Source of the DNA: Mobula birostris
Taxonomy: Eukaryota
Assembly: GCF_030028105.1 (NCBI RefSeq)
Contig: NC_092373.1
Coordinates: 84,569,288 to 84,633,287, forward strand
DNA: 64,000 bases
Direction of reading: 5' to 3'
How positions within the stretch are numbered: the stretch's first letter is position 1; every line of letters starts with the position of its first letter. The notes under the pieces are model-generated. The model was given only the letters and a program-made list of their open reading frames with translations, made no database searches and was not told the origin of the DNA. Both the position numbers and the translations under genes were made by a program. Below, one piece after another: positions 12,479-24,650 of the stretch.

Positions 12479-13160
12479 ATAGAACATAAAACATAGAATA
12501 GTACAGAACATTACAGGCCCTTTGGCCCACAATGTTGTGCTGACCTTCAAACCCTGCCTCCCATATAACCTCCCACCTTAAATTCCTCCATATACCTGTC
12601 TAGTAGTCTCTTAAACTTACTAGTGTATCTGCCTCCACCACTGACTCAGGCAGTGCATTCCACGCACCAACCACTCTCTGAGTTAAAAACCTTCCTCTAA
12701 TATCCCCCTTGAACTTCCCACCCCTTACTTTAAAGCCATGTCCTCTTGTATTGAGCAGTGGTACCCTGGGGAAGAGGTGTTTGCTATCCACTCTATCTAT
12801 TCCTCTTATTATCTTGTACACCTCTATCATGTCTCCTCTCATCCTCCTTCTCTCCAAAGAGTAAAGCCCTAGCTCCCTTAATCTCTGATCAGAATTCATA
12901 CTCTCTAAACTAGGCAGCATCCTGGTAAGTCTCCTCTGTACCCTTTCCAATGCTTCTACATCCTTCCTATGGTGAGGCAACCAGAACTGGACACAGTACT
13001 CCAAGTGTGGTCTAACCAGAGTTTTATAGAGCTGCATAATTACATCGGGACTCTTAAACTCTATCCCTCGACTTATGAAAGCTAACACCCCATAAGCTTT
13101 CTTAACTACCCTATCTACCTGTGAGGCAACTGAACTATCTACCTGTGAGGCATCTACCTG
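12479..13160 (-). mobile_element. Young CR1 3' fragment nested in the Gypsy element
   Basis: Open ORF 12600-13088 (LVRPHLEYCVQFW...MRGDMIEVYKI); (atagaac)n tail; gagaat repeated at both junctions. Confidence 0.9.
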
Positions 13161-16100
13161 TGAGAATGCATCTCAACTTATATAAATATATACTGTATTA
13201 TACAACTCTATAAAGACATCCACAGCATAGTAAATTTTAAATTGCCCCATTCAGGCCTAAAGATTTCAGCTCTGTGGAAGATTTCTTACTCTTGTGGCAT
13301 AATGTCTTTCCTGACAAGGGAGGTCACTTTGTTGGGCAGATGAGAGTTGTGGCTGTGAAACAATCTCAGGTTCTGGGGCCTCCTCCGTGGTGTTTGTAGG
13401 AGATGATTATAGAAATGCAGGAAGCGGTTTTGACAGTTCTGGATACCTTTCTTCTGGATGTGTTGCCATCCCCAAGGGTGCATGACAAGCTTCACTGGAT
13501 GATATAGATCATAATGTGTGAGTACAGTGTCTGACATCACCATTTCTTTTACCTTTTCGAAAATCACCTCACACTGCTTTGTCCATTGCCATTTCTTCCT
13601 GATCTGTAGTAATGAGTTCAAGATGTGGAACACAGTAGCCTGGTTTGGCAGGAACCTGTTATAGTGATTGACAAATCCTAAAAAGGACTGCAACTGTGCC
13701 ATGTCCTTTGGCATTGAGGGTATCCATCACTGCTTGAATTTTCTCAGCGCACTTGTTTAATCCTTGTGCATCACAATAGGTGATGAGGTGATGCTTGGTC
13801 TAAAGAATTCACACTTGTTGCATGATGCTCTGAGTGCATAATCTTTTTTACACTGTCTTGAAATTTTGGAGATGTTCCTTGTCATCCTCACTAGTAATAA
13901 CAATGTCATCCAGGTAACACTATGAGCCTGGGCAGCCTTGCAGTACTTGGTCCATTGCTTTCTGCCAGAATACAGGTGCAGATGCTACTCCAAAAATAAG
14001 CTTATTATAGTGATAAAGTCCTTTGTGAGTGTTTATGGTGAGAAAAACTTTCCATCTCCATCTGTAGTTAAGCCTCAGCTAGGTCCACTTTGCTGAAGTG
14101 TTTCCCTGCAGAAAGGTTTGCAAAGATAGCCTCTATCCCGGGCAGAGGGTATTGATTTCCTTTCAGTACTGGGTTAATGGTGACCTTAAAATCACCAGAC
14201 ATCCTGTCAGACCCATTCTTCTTGGCTACTGCCCATGGGCTCGACTCAACTTAGAAAAGAAATCCTTCAGCCTCCATGTGATCCAGCTCACTGGCTACTT
14301 CATTAAGGATTGTATAAGGAACCTGTTGGGCTTCACAAAACTTGGGTGCAACATTTTCATTTAGCACTATTTTACCCTTAATATGTTTGAGTTTTCCAAT
14401 GTCATCCCTGAACACTACTGTGACATCATCCAGTACCTTTCTTAATTCGCTTCTAGTTGACTCTATTACAGGGAATGAGGCATGTAAGTAGTACGTGGAT
14501 CTTCAATTAAGCTGCAGTTGTGTCAGCCAATTAAGCCCCCACAATACTGGCCCTCCTATTTTGACCACATATAAGCCCAAATTGGCTTGTTGGTTGTTGT
14601 ATCTCACTGTTGCAAATGTCATTCCCACAGGAAGTAACTTTTCTCCAGCTCTTAGTTGGACATCTGCAGGCTTCAGTCCAGTATCTTTGAAATGCGCTCA
14701 AACCCATTTTGTAGAACGACTGTAACAACCAAGCCGGAGTCCAATTCCATCTTAATTAGTTTGTTGTTCACTTCTGGTGTAAGCCATGTTGTTAGTCTAC
14801 TGTTAGTTTTCACATTGTAAATCCCATGGCTAATCAATCCTGTGCCATTCACTTCATTGTCAGATTTTACAACATCTGATGCAGATTAGTGCTTTTTTTA
14901 AAGCTGCAATTTGACTTTTTATCCTTTTCTTTTCCCTGTGCAGTTCATTTATTTTTGTCTGCCCAACATGCTCTTTGTATGTTTCTTACTTTGCTGCATT
15001 TTCTGCAAGTTTCGCCTTTAAACCTGCACGAATCTGCTGTAAGCGAACCCCTGCCACAACAGTAAAATAATCTGTTTGGCCAGGGTGTTTTCTGTTTAGA
15101 TATAGCAATTTTGTTCACGCTCACTTTCATTCCTGACTTCAACTCAATTGCATCTCTCTCTGCTGTTTCCTTTGATATAGCTATTTTAACTGCTCTTTTA
15201 AATTTAAGTTGCACTTCAGTTAGGAGGCAGTTTAAATGTTTTGTTGTAAAATTCCACAAACTAAATGATATCTCAGTGCATCGTTAAGCCCACTACTGAA
15301 CTGACAATGCTCACTCGACAACTTCTTCAATTCAGTCATGTAAACTGAAAGGAACTCCCCTTCCTTTTGATTCTGCTTATGAAGCCTAAAGCAATTAACA
15401 ATGGGTTCGTTCTAAATATTCCTGCATTACTTTCACAGCGAAGCTAATTTTGGCTGATTTACTTCTGGTAAGATGGTGGTGCATGCAAACGCAGTGGCCT
15501 CTCAGGAGCCAACCAATGGTGCTTTGTTCTCTGTAAAACTTGTTTTTTACAAACCAAAGACTATTCTACTCCAAGAGCTTCAGGCACTGCAGGGCTAATC
15601 CATCAGTGAGCTGCTCGTTGATGCTCTTTTAAAAAAAAATTATCATTATTATCACCCGGTACTCACTGTTTATGAACTTGTGAATTCTTCCATTTTCTGC
15701 CTTTTTTTTTAAAACTCTAATTTCTCACTGCGCTTCAACGGGTAGGTAGTCGTCTCGGGTTCATTTCAAACTTCCTCATCACCATTGTTATCGTTTGTAA
15801 CTCCAAAATATTAAACTAATTGAAAACAAAACACGGAGCCAGGATAACTCATGTACGTTACTTCCGCTTTTACTTTAAGCCATATGCGCATGTATCACGC
15901 AATGATGTATGCCATCCACACATTTTTACATATAACCCATAATTAATTATTTAAATGAACAAGAATGCTTAATCAAACAATATATTTACAATAATACTCA
16001 GATATTAAATACACAAGTTATGCATGTGTGGATATGTGAGAAAGAGAGATATACATGTATGTGATATGTACTAGTGAAGGATAGGTGAATAATGTTTTGT

Positions 16101-16960
16101 GTTCTGGAAACCTTGTCCTCATATTAATTACTTTCCTGTCATGTATGCAAGTTGCATCAGTGTTGAGTTGTGAACATCCTTCCAGCAAAGTTAATTGTTT
16201 TGTCCACTGGTTCCAAATAAATTTACCTTACACTACTGTGTTATCTGAGCTTGTTTCCCTCTAAGATTACTTGCAGTTAGATGACTCTTAGACTGTACCA
16301 CTGACTGGTTAGTTCCTAAATTAGCCTCTAACCTCTGTCCTTAAAAAAGCTAGAAATTGTACCTCATTACATTTGCAAATCAACTAATTAACAGAAGAAT
16401 AAATTAAATAAAGAAATCTTCTTCAAAACAGGAGGTGGAACCATTTTTGAGCAACCCACATCCTGGATAGATTCACCCATTTTGTGTCATTTATCCACAA
16501 TAAGACAGTAATGAAACATTGTTTTTCCAGTTTGGATGATTACTAGTACTTTTAAGGATAGAGGCTAGAAACTGATTTGTGGTTTAAATTGTTATTTGGA
16601 CATTCTATGAGTGTTATTTAATTGCAAATAATCCAAGAGGAAAACTATCTCAAATACCAACACTGTGTAAAGTGCATTCATTTGGAATCAGAGTGCAAAT
16701 AAAACAGGTAACATTGCTGGAAAGAAGTTCATAAATCATCTATGGAGCTAAGTTTTGTGCCAGGAAATGAAAGACATTAGTGTGTGGCACACAAAAGCTA
16801 TATGGAATCATTATTCATTCATGAATTACTAAGAGGTTCATCACTTTAGTTCAGCCAACAATAATGAAGTAGGGATCCTAAATGCAAGCCATTGGCAGTT
16901 TTCCTATGGTTGAAAGTTTCGTTTGAATGAATCAAGTATCAGTAGATTTGTTTGAATGAA

Positions 16961-18037
16961 TCAAGTATCCTGATGGTGCTGATCAGTGGGGCTTATACGC
17001 CTAATATGTCTCAGCAATGGTAAAGTTTGGATTGACTTTGTCACCTCTCGGTACCGCAGTGCATAAACATATGGGGAAACTGCTCTGGGTAACATCATAA
17101 GGAAATTTGTCATTGACATATTGATCCAGAGTACTGTCACATAGGAAATCAGGTCCATTTCTTGGAGTGCACCCCCTGCCACTAAACCAAGCAAGGGGAT
17201 GAAGTAAAAGAATAGCAGCATTGACTGAATAAGGTAAGTCTGCCTTGCCCTGGAGTTGCCAGTCCATATTCCTGACGTCTTAGTTTTGCAGTATAACATG
17301 ACATAGCTACTGGAAATCAGTACTAAACATATTAGAAAGTAAATTACTGTAAAACTGTAATACATTTTTAAGATAGGTAATCGAAGGAAAGAAAACATGA
17401 ATGTTAAAGGAAAAATACAAATCGATAACGTGGACAATGGATTCTGTTGAGTTCCTAGTGTTATTATAAAAATGACAGATGGAGCTGCGGCAGAAACAAT
17501 ACAAATACAGATAATGATTTTCAGGGCCCTGGATCGAGGTAAAAGTGAGGGATAACGAAGGGGCCAGCTAACAGCCACATAAGTGTCCACCACCATTGCA
17601 GTAACTGTCAGAATGCCATTACAATAAGACACTGTTAACACATACAATAGTGTTTGGCAAACAACTTTAGGCATCCCGACACCTGCAGCATTAAGGATGT
17701 CGATGAAGGTGTTCAGTACTGAATAAATTAGATCATTAACCAAAGTGTTGGCAAGCAGCAGGTACCTGGTTTCCTGATAAAGGTTGTTGTTTGAAAAGAT
17801 GGCAATCAAGACAAGAGGTGCAGCCAACAATGAGGCAATAAGGCAAATTATCAGAGGAATCATCAAAATATGTGTTTTGGAGTGTCCCAAAGCATTCACC
17901 CATGCTTGGATGTCTTCGTGCTGAAGAAAATCCACAGAATGGGATGCATTTGCAGGGAACTGCACAGTAACGAGTTCTTCAGCTAGAAGAGACATCTCAT
18001 TGTGGTCGGCACGATGATTGCAATTATATAAATTCAT
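16961..18037 (-). CDS. gpr148: GPR148-like orphan class A GPCR, copy B, intact 358 aa, single coding exon
   Basis: Seven hydrophobic segments. Motifs YQETRYLLLAN, VVDTYVAVSWPLRY, KTSGIWTGNSRARQTYLIQS and MMLPRAVSPYVYALRYRE are diagnostic of GPR148. N-terminal N-x-S sequon (NAS). Confidence 0.92.
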   Translation of the reverse strand: MNLYNCNHRADHNEMSLLAEELVTVQFPANASHSVDFLQHEDIQAWVNALGHSKTHILMIPLIICLIASLLAAPLVLIAIFSNNNLYQETRYLLLANTLVNDLIYSVLNTFIDILNAAGVGMPKVVCQTLLYVLTVSYCNGILTVTAMVVDTYVAVSWPLRYPSLLPRSRALKIIICICIVSAAAPSVIFIITLGTQQNPLSTLSICIFPLTFMFSFLRLPILKMYYSFTVIYFLICLVLISSSYVMLYCKTKTSGIWTGNSRARQTYLIQSMLLFFYFIPLLGLVAGGALQEMDLISYVTVLWINMSMTNFLMMLPRAVSPYVYALRYREVTKSIQTLPLLRHIRRISPTDQHHQDT

Positions 18038-18509
18038 TACATACCACTTGAAATCAACTCATGACCACAAATTAGTGTTTGCTTTCATCCAGTACAGCAA
18101 TGGCCTTCAACTTGATTTGCTCATTTTGATCAAAATCCCTTCAGGCTTACTGCAGATAATACTTGTACTCATGTGATCCTGTATATTCTTGAAACGTAAA
18201 GAAGAAAAATCCTCCTCTTCAAATGTAAAAGGAACCATTCTTCACGCAATTCCTATATGCAGCTCGGAGCTGGTGCAGTATGTGCTTCCTTATTTTCATA
18301 AACATATTCATACAAATAAATCTTGCAGAGGCTGAAACCAAGATCCAGACAAATGGAATTTTATCTTCATTTGATTAAAAAAAATTCTCTACCAAAAATG
18401 ATGTTCAAATGGAATTGGTTTAGTGCCCTAAAAATCAGCACAGCACCAAATCTGTGGCTTGTAGCAGAGCAGAGACACACTGCCACTTCATTTGCCAGGA
18501 GACAGGTTG

Positions 18510-18560
18510 TTGATTTGACACTCATTGGACACACTGTTTGATTTGACACTCATTGGACAC
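18510..18560. repeat. Direct duplication of 23 bp (ttgatttgacactcattggacac x2, period 28)
   Basis: Exact copies at 18510-18532 and 18538-18560. Confidence 0.9.
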
Positions 18561-18869
18561 GTTTTATCTGATCAATGCCAGCGAACAGAAGGATTTCATT
18601 AATTAAAACAGATTCTAAATGAGTAACAGCTCCATCTCGCAGCTAACACTAAACCACATTTGTCACTTCTCATGCTCCAATGACTGAATTTGTTTTTAAT
18701 AGCAATATCATTATTGGTTTTGTACAGAAAATCCTATAAGTAACCTGTTATGACAATGCGACATTGGTACTGCAGTCATCTGAATAAACTTACCCAAGTA
18801 GATCACCTTGCAGTTTTTGACCTATTACATTGCCCAACTATTGATCGACACATCTCATTCCTGTAAGTG

Positions 18870-19014
18870 GCCACCCCGAGCACGCTTTCCATCCGTGCCG
18901 GGTTGAGTGTCGAGCTAGCCACCCAGCCTCGTAAAAAATACAAGGATCGAGTCAGGAACGTTCATAATGTGACCCAATTAATCCTGACACCATGTGCCAG
19001 ACAAGAAAAAAAAA
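18870..19014 (+). mobile_element. 145-bp A-tailed retroposon with 13-bp TSD
   Basis: ATTCCTGTAAGTG at 18857-18869 and 19015-19027; A-run at the 3' end; CpG-rich body. Confidence 0.8.
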
Positions 19015-19149
19015 ATTCCTGTAAGTGTTAAGTTTGCCTCACGGGCTCAGGAAGGGAATGTTGGGAGAACACACACCAGACCTTTTTGAGCGGTAGGTGG
19101 TTGAGATGAGCAACCTCTAGATCCCGAGCACCATCAACTCAGATGATCT

Positions 19150-19327
19150 CAAAGATGAGAAAATCTTCAGATGCTGGAAATCCGAAGCAACACACACAAA
19201 ATGCTGGAGGAACTCAGCAGGCCAGGCAGCATCTATGGAAAAGAGTAAACAGTCGATGTTTCAGGCTGAGGCCCTTCCTCAGGACTGCCTGTTGTATTCC
19301 TCTAGCATTTTGTGTGTGTTGCTTTGT
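19150..19327 (-). mobile_element. Mini Penelope-terminus element with inverted arms and a hammerhead core, inserted in a Rex1-like fragment
   Basis: TSD CTCAGATGATCT at 19138-19149 and 19328-19339. Sequence homologous to the terminus of the Penelope at 31230-31366. Confidence 0.8.
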
Positions 19328-20844
19328 CTCAGATGATCTATTTTGGGCCCAACACATTGATGAGGGTGGCATGCCAGCAGCTCTTCTTTGTCATAAGTCT
19401 GAGGAGATTTAGTATGTCACCAGAAGACCCTTGAATATTTCTAGATACATTCAGTGGGCACTTTATTAGGTATCTCTTAATATTGTGATCTTCTGCTGCT
19501 GTAGCCCATCCATTTCAAGTTTCAGCATGTTGTGCATTAGGTGTTGCAACTGAACATAACATTTAGTGCTGTCCTTCTGCACATCACTGTTGTAATGCAT
19601 GATTATTTGAGTTACTGTCACTTTGGACACAGTATTTAGTTACACACAGCACACATAACTACGGTAAACTTCAATACAGACACAAAATAGTATTAGCACC
19701 AGTCCTCGAGTTGGATGGCATGAAGATTGATGGTGCACAGTATTTGTGGCAATTATACGTTTTTGCACAGTTCTGCTGCTACAAAACAAATTTCACCTCA
19801 ACTAAGTCAGCGACAATAAATTTGATTCTGATTGCCAATAACTTATTCTTATGATGTCCCTGGAGTTCACTGATAACCTACTTTCAATCTGATGGTGTGG
19901 GTTCTGAGGTGGCTAACGAAGCCACCAATGACAACTCCTGACACTTCTGCAGACAGGGCATCTGGTGTTAGAAAGTGTAGGTGGCTCGCGAGGAGATACA
20001 TTTCATTTACTGCTTTTGCAAGTCTGATGCATGGTTTTAGTTCTCAACACCATCCAGGATACTTCTTCCCCACTTGGAATTTGCTTGTTATTGACACATG
20101 TACTGATGTATAGTGAAAAAATTGTTTTGCATGTCACCCCTACAAATCATTTCATCATATCAGTACACTGAAGTCATACATGGAAAAGCAACAAGAGCTT
20201 GCAGAATAAAGTGTTAGTTACAGAGAATGTGCAGTGCAGGTGGACAATAAGGTAGATAGTGGGGTCAAGACTCGATCTCATCATGCTAGGGACCACTTTA
20301 GCAGTGGGATAAAGCTGACCTGCGCCTGGTGGTACATGCTTTAAGGACAATATTTTCCTCTGTCTCGCTGGTAATCTTTTCCCATTTTGAGCTCAGAATG
20401 GAGGGTCAGCTATGCTAATGATGTGAATTGTTTAGTATTCAGTCCAACTAAGACCTTTTGGGTTAGGGTCTAATCTGTCATTTAACCGTTTTTTATGCTT
20501 GCTCACAGTTATATAATCCCGTATTTGTAATTTCAGTGAATTTTTAGTAATTTACACTATCTTCCTTATTGCAGCCTGTGTCATGCCATAAATAGAACTG
20601 TTTCATAGGGTGATCTTATAAAGGAATTTCCTTCCATGTCTAGCTTGAACTAGTTTTCAGTATTATGAAAGACCACAAGGAAGATTGTTTACTAGAGGGA
20701 GCTGGTTAGAGTTAGTTACCTGTTGCTGTGTTACTCACTCACAGTACCTTACTGTTATTGCTTTCCTTTCAGCATCTAATAATCAGCTGCCACTGCATGA
20801 TTTGCACCTCATTCTTGCCTTCTGGACAATATTATCTCTAGATC

Positions 20845-21140
20845 CAACAAGAGAAAATCTGCAGATGCTGGAGATCCGAGCACCCCACACATAATACTGG
20901 AGGAACTCAGCAGGCCAGGCACCATCTATGGGAAAAAGTATAGTTGACTTTTCAGGCTGAAACCCTTCAGCAGGGCTGGAGAAAAAAGCTGAGGAGTAGA
21001 TTTAAAAGGTGGGGGGGGGGTGCGGGAGAGAGAGAAACACTGGGAGTGGGGGGGATGAAGCAAAGAGCTGGGCAGTTGATTGGTGACAGAGACAGGCCAT
21101 GGAAAGACAGAATATAAGGTGTTGTTCCTCCAACCTAAGT
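20845..21140 (-). mobile_element. Penelope 3' end (left piece of an element split by a CR1)
   Basis: LRLEEQHLIF on - and a terminal repeat homologous to 31230-31366. Confidence 0.8.
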
Positions 21141-21149
21141 CTGCAGGTG

Positions 21150-23991
21150 ATGGGGCAAATTTGCAGCCATTGGAGTGAGTTGCAGTGCAATCAAAGCAAA
21201 AAGTACCAAATACTGGTCTTAAGGTGTTATACTTAAATGCACGCAGCATAAGGAATAAGGTGGATGATCTTGTCGTACAGCTACTGATTGGCAGGTATGA
21301 TATTGTGGGATAGGCAGGTAGGCAGAGGGGGAGGCGTGGCTTTATTGGTAAGAAATGATATTAAATTATTAGAAAGAGATGACATAGGATCAGAAGCTGT
21401 AGAAACTTTATGGGTTGAGCTAAGAAATCGCAGGGGTAAAAGGATCCTGAAGGCAGTTATTTATAGGCCTCCAAACAGCTGCAGTGATGTGGACTACAAA
21501 TTACAACAGGAAATAGAAAAGTCTTGTCAGAAGGGCAGTGTTATGATAATTGTGGGGGATTTTAACATGCGAGTTGATTGGGAAAATCAGGTCAGCACTG
21601 GGTCTCAAGAGAAAATTTGTAGAATGACTGTGAGATGGCTTTTTAGAACAGCTTGTTGTTGAGCCCACTAGGGGATCGGCTGTACTGGATTGGGTATTGT
21701 GTAATGAACCAGGGGTGATTAGAGAGGTTGAGGTGAAGGAACCCTTAGGAGGCAGTGATCATAACATGATTGAGTTCACTGTGAAATTTGAGAAAGAGAA
21801 GCCGAAATCCGATGTGTCAGTATTTCAGTGCAGTAAAGGAAATTACAGTGGCATGAGAGAGGAACTGGCCAAAGTTGACTGGAAAGGGATGTTAGCGGGA
21901 AGAATGGCAGAGCAGCAGTGGCTGGAGTTTATGCGAGAAGTGAGGAAGGTGCAATACAGATATATTCCAAAAAAGAAGAAATTTTCGAATGGAAAAAGGC
22001 TGCAGCTGTGGCTGACAAGAGAAGTCAAAGCTAAAGTTACAGCAAAGGAGAGGGCATACAAGGAAGCAAAAATTAGTGGGAAGACAGAGGATTGGGAAGT
22101 TTTTAAAAGCTTACAAAAGGAAACTAAGAAGGTCATTAAGAGGGAAAAGATTAACTATGAAAAGAAACTAGCAAATAATATCAAAGAGGATACTAAAAGC
22201 TTTTTCAAGTATATAAAGAGTAAAGGACAGATGAGACTAGATATAGGACCTATAGAAAATGATGCTGGAGAAATTGTAATGGGAGATAAGGAGATGGCGG
22301 AGGAACTGAACGAGCATTTTGCATCAGTCTTCACTGAGGAAGACATCAGCAGTATACCGGACACTCAAGGGTGTCAGGGAAGAGAAGTGTGCGCAGTCAC
22401 AATTACGACAAAGAAAGTACCAAGGAAGCTGAATAGTCTAAGGGTAGATAAATCTCCCGGACCATATGGAATACACCCTCGTGTTCTGAAGGAAGTAGCT
22501 GTGGAGATTGCGGAGGCATTAGCAATGATCTTTCAAAAGTCAATAGATTCTGGCATGGTTCTGGAGGACTGGAAGATTGAAAATGTCACTCCGCTATTTA
22601 AGAAGGGGCAAGGAAGCAAAAAGGAAATTATAGACCAGTTAGCTTGGCATCGGTGGTTGGGAAGTTGTTGGAGTCGATCGTCAAGGATGAGGTTACGGAG
22701 TGCCTGGAGGCATATGACAAGATGGGCAGAACTCAGCATGGTTTCCTTAAAGGGAGATCCTGCCTGACAAACCTATTGCAATTTTTTGAGGAAATTACAA
22801 GTAGGCTAGACAAGGGAGCTGCAGTGGATGTTGTATATTTGGATTTTCAGAAGGCCTTTGACAAGGTGCCATACATGAGGCTGCTTAACAAGGTGAGAGC
22901 CCATGGAATTACGGGAAAGCTATATATGTGGATAGAGCGTTGGCCGATTGGCAGGAAACAGAGAGTGGGAATAAAGGGATCCTATTCTGGTTGGCTGCCG
23001 GTTACCAGTGGTGTTCCACAGGGGTCCGTGTTGGGGCCGCTTCTTTTTTCGTTGTACATCAACAATTTTGATTTTGGAATAGATGGCTTTGTGGCTAAGT
23101 TTGCTGATGATACAAAGGTAGGTTGAGGGGCCGGTAGTGCCGAGGATACAGAGAGTCTGCAGAGAGACTGGGATAGATTGGGAGAATGGGCAAAGAAGAG
23201 GCAAATGAAACACAATGTTGGCAAGAGTATGGTTATGCACTTTGGCAGAAGAAATAAATGGGCAGACTCTTATTTAAATGGGGAGAGAATTCAAAGTTCT
23301 GAAATGCAACGGGACTTGGGAGTCCTCGTACAGGATACCCTTAAGGTTAACCTCCAGGTTGAGTCGGTGGTAAAGAAGGCAAATGCAATGTTGGCATTCA
23401 CTTTTAGAGGAATAGAGTGTAGGAGCAGGGATGTTATGTTGAGGTTCTATAAGGCACTGGTGAGACCTCACTTGGAGTACTGTGGAGTTTTGGGCTCCTT
23501 ATTTAAGAAAGGATGTGCTGATGTTGGAGAGGGTTCAGAGAAGATTCACTAGAATGATTCTGGGAATGAGAGGGTTAACATATGAGGAACGTTTCCCTGC
23601 TCTTGGACTGTATTCTTTGGAGTTTAGAAGAATGTTGAAAGGCATGGACAGAGTGGATGTGTAAAATTGTTTCCCATGGTGGGGGAGTCTAGTACGAGAG
23701 GGCACGACTTAAGAATTGAAGTGCGCCCATTCAGAATAGAGATGTGAAGAAATTTTTTTAGCCAGAGGGTGGTGAATCTATGGAATTTGTTGCCATGGGC
23801 GGCATTGGAAGCCAAGTCATTGGGTGTACTTAAGGCAGAGATTGATAGGTATCTGAGTAGTCAGGGCATCAAAGGTTATGGTGAGAAGGCAGGGGAGTGG
23901 GACTAAATGGGAATGGATCAGCTCATGATAAAATGGCGCAGCAGACTCAATGGGCTGAATGGCTGACTTCTGCTCCTTTGTCTTATAGTCT
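21150..23991 (+). mobile_element. Near-complete CR1 ORF2 (APE endonuclease + RT) with frameshifts and stops
   Basis: LKVLYLNARSIRNK start, GGGVALLV, YRPPN, GDFN, GSDHN, QHGFLKGRSCLTNL, DFQKAFDKV, SGVPQGSVLGP, KFADDTK, CR1 tail. Confidence 0.95.
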
Positions 23992-24650
23992 CATCATCTC
24001 AATGGAGGAGGCCATGGATGGGTATATCATAATGAGAATGGTTAAGTGGAATTAAAATGGGTGGCTACTCGGCGATCACATTTGTTCTGGCAGACGGAGC
24101 GTAGATGCTCGGCAAAGCAGTCTCCCAATCTACATCGGGTCTCACCGACGTACAGGATGCCACATGGGGAGCACCAGACACAATAAATGACCCTAACAGA
24201 CTGACAGGTGAAGTGTTGCCTCACCTGAAAGGACAGTTTAGGACCCTGAATGGTAGTGAGGGAGGAAGTGTAGCACTTGTTCTGCTTACAAGGGCCAGGA
24301 GGGAGATCAGTGGGGAGGGACAAATGACAAAGGAGTCACGTAGGGAGCAATCCCTGAGGAAAGCAGAAAGTGTGAGGGGTGGGGTGGAGGGAAAGATGTG
24401 TTTGGTGGTGGGATCCCATTGGAGGTGACGGAAGTTTCGGAGAATTGTGTGCTGGACTCGGAGGCTGGTAGGGTGGTAGATGATAACAAGAGGAACCCTA
24501 TCCCTGGTAGGGTGGCAGGAAGATGGGGCAAGAGCATACGTGTGTGAAATGAAAGAGATGCAGTTGAGGACAGTATTGATGGTGGAGAAAGTTTGAAAAA
24601 GGAGGACATCTACTTCGTTCTAGAATGAAAAGCCTCATCTTGATCCTGAT
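23992..24650 (-). mobile_element. Penelope GIY-YIG region (right piece, continuous with 20845-21140)
   Basis: VIYCVWCSPCGILYVGETRCRL...VATHFNST. The sequence resumes where 21140 stops when compared with the 29.2-31.4 kb copy. Confidence 0.85.

Larger units (their letters stand above)
11688..16015 (-). mobile_element. Decayed Gypsy-type LTR retrotransposon (LTRs 11688-12437 and 15786-16015)
   Basis: Two homologous TG...CA LTRs of about 230 bp once the MITE is removed from the left one. PPT (agcagggaggag on -) at 12438-12449 and a PBS-like tggtgatgagga next to the right LTR. Gag zinc-knuckle remnants (14945-15259), protease KMELDSG at about 14735-14755, RT YLDDIV at about 13900-13918, LQSFLGFVNHYNRF connection domain. 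No integrase recognised. Confidence 0.88.
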
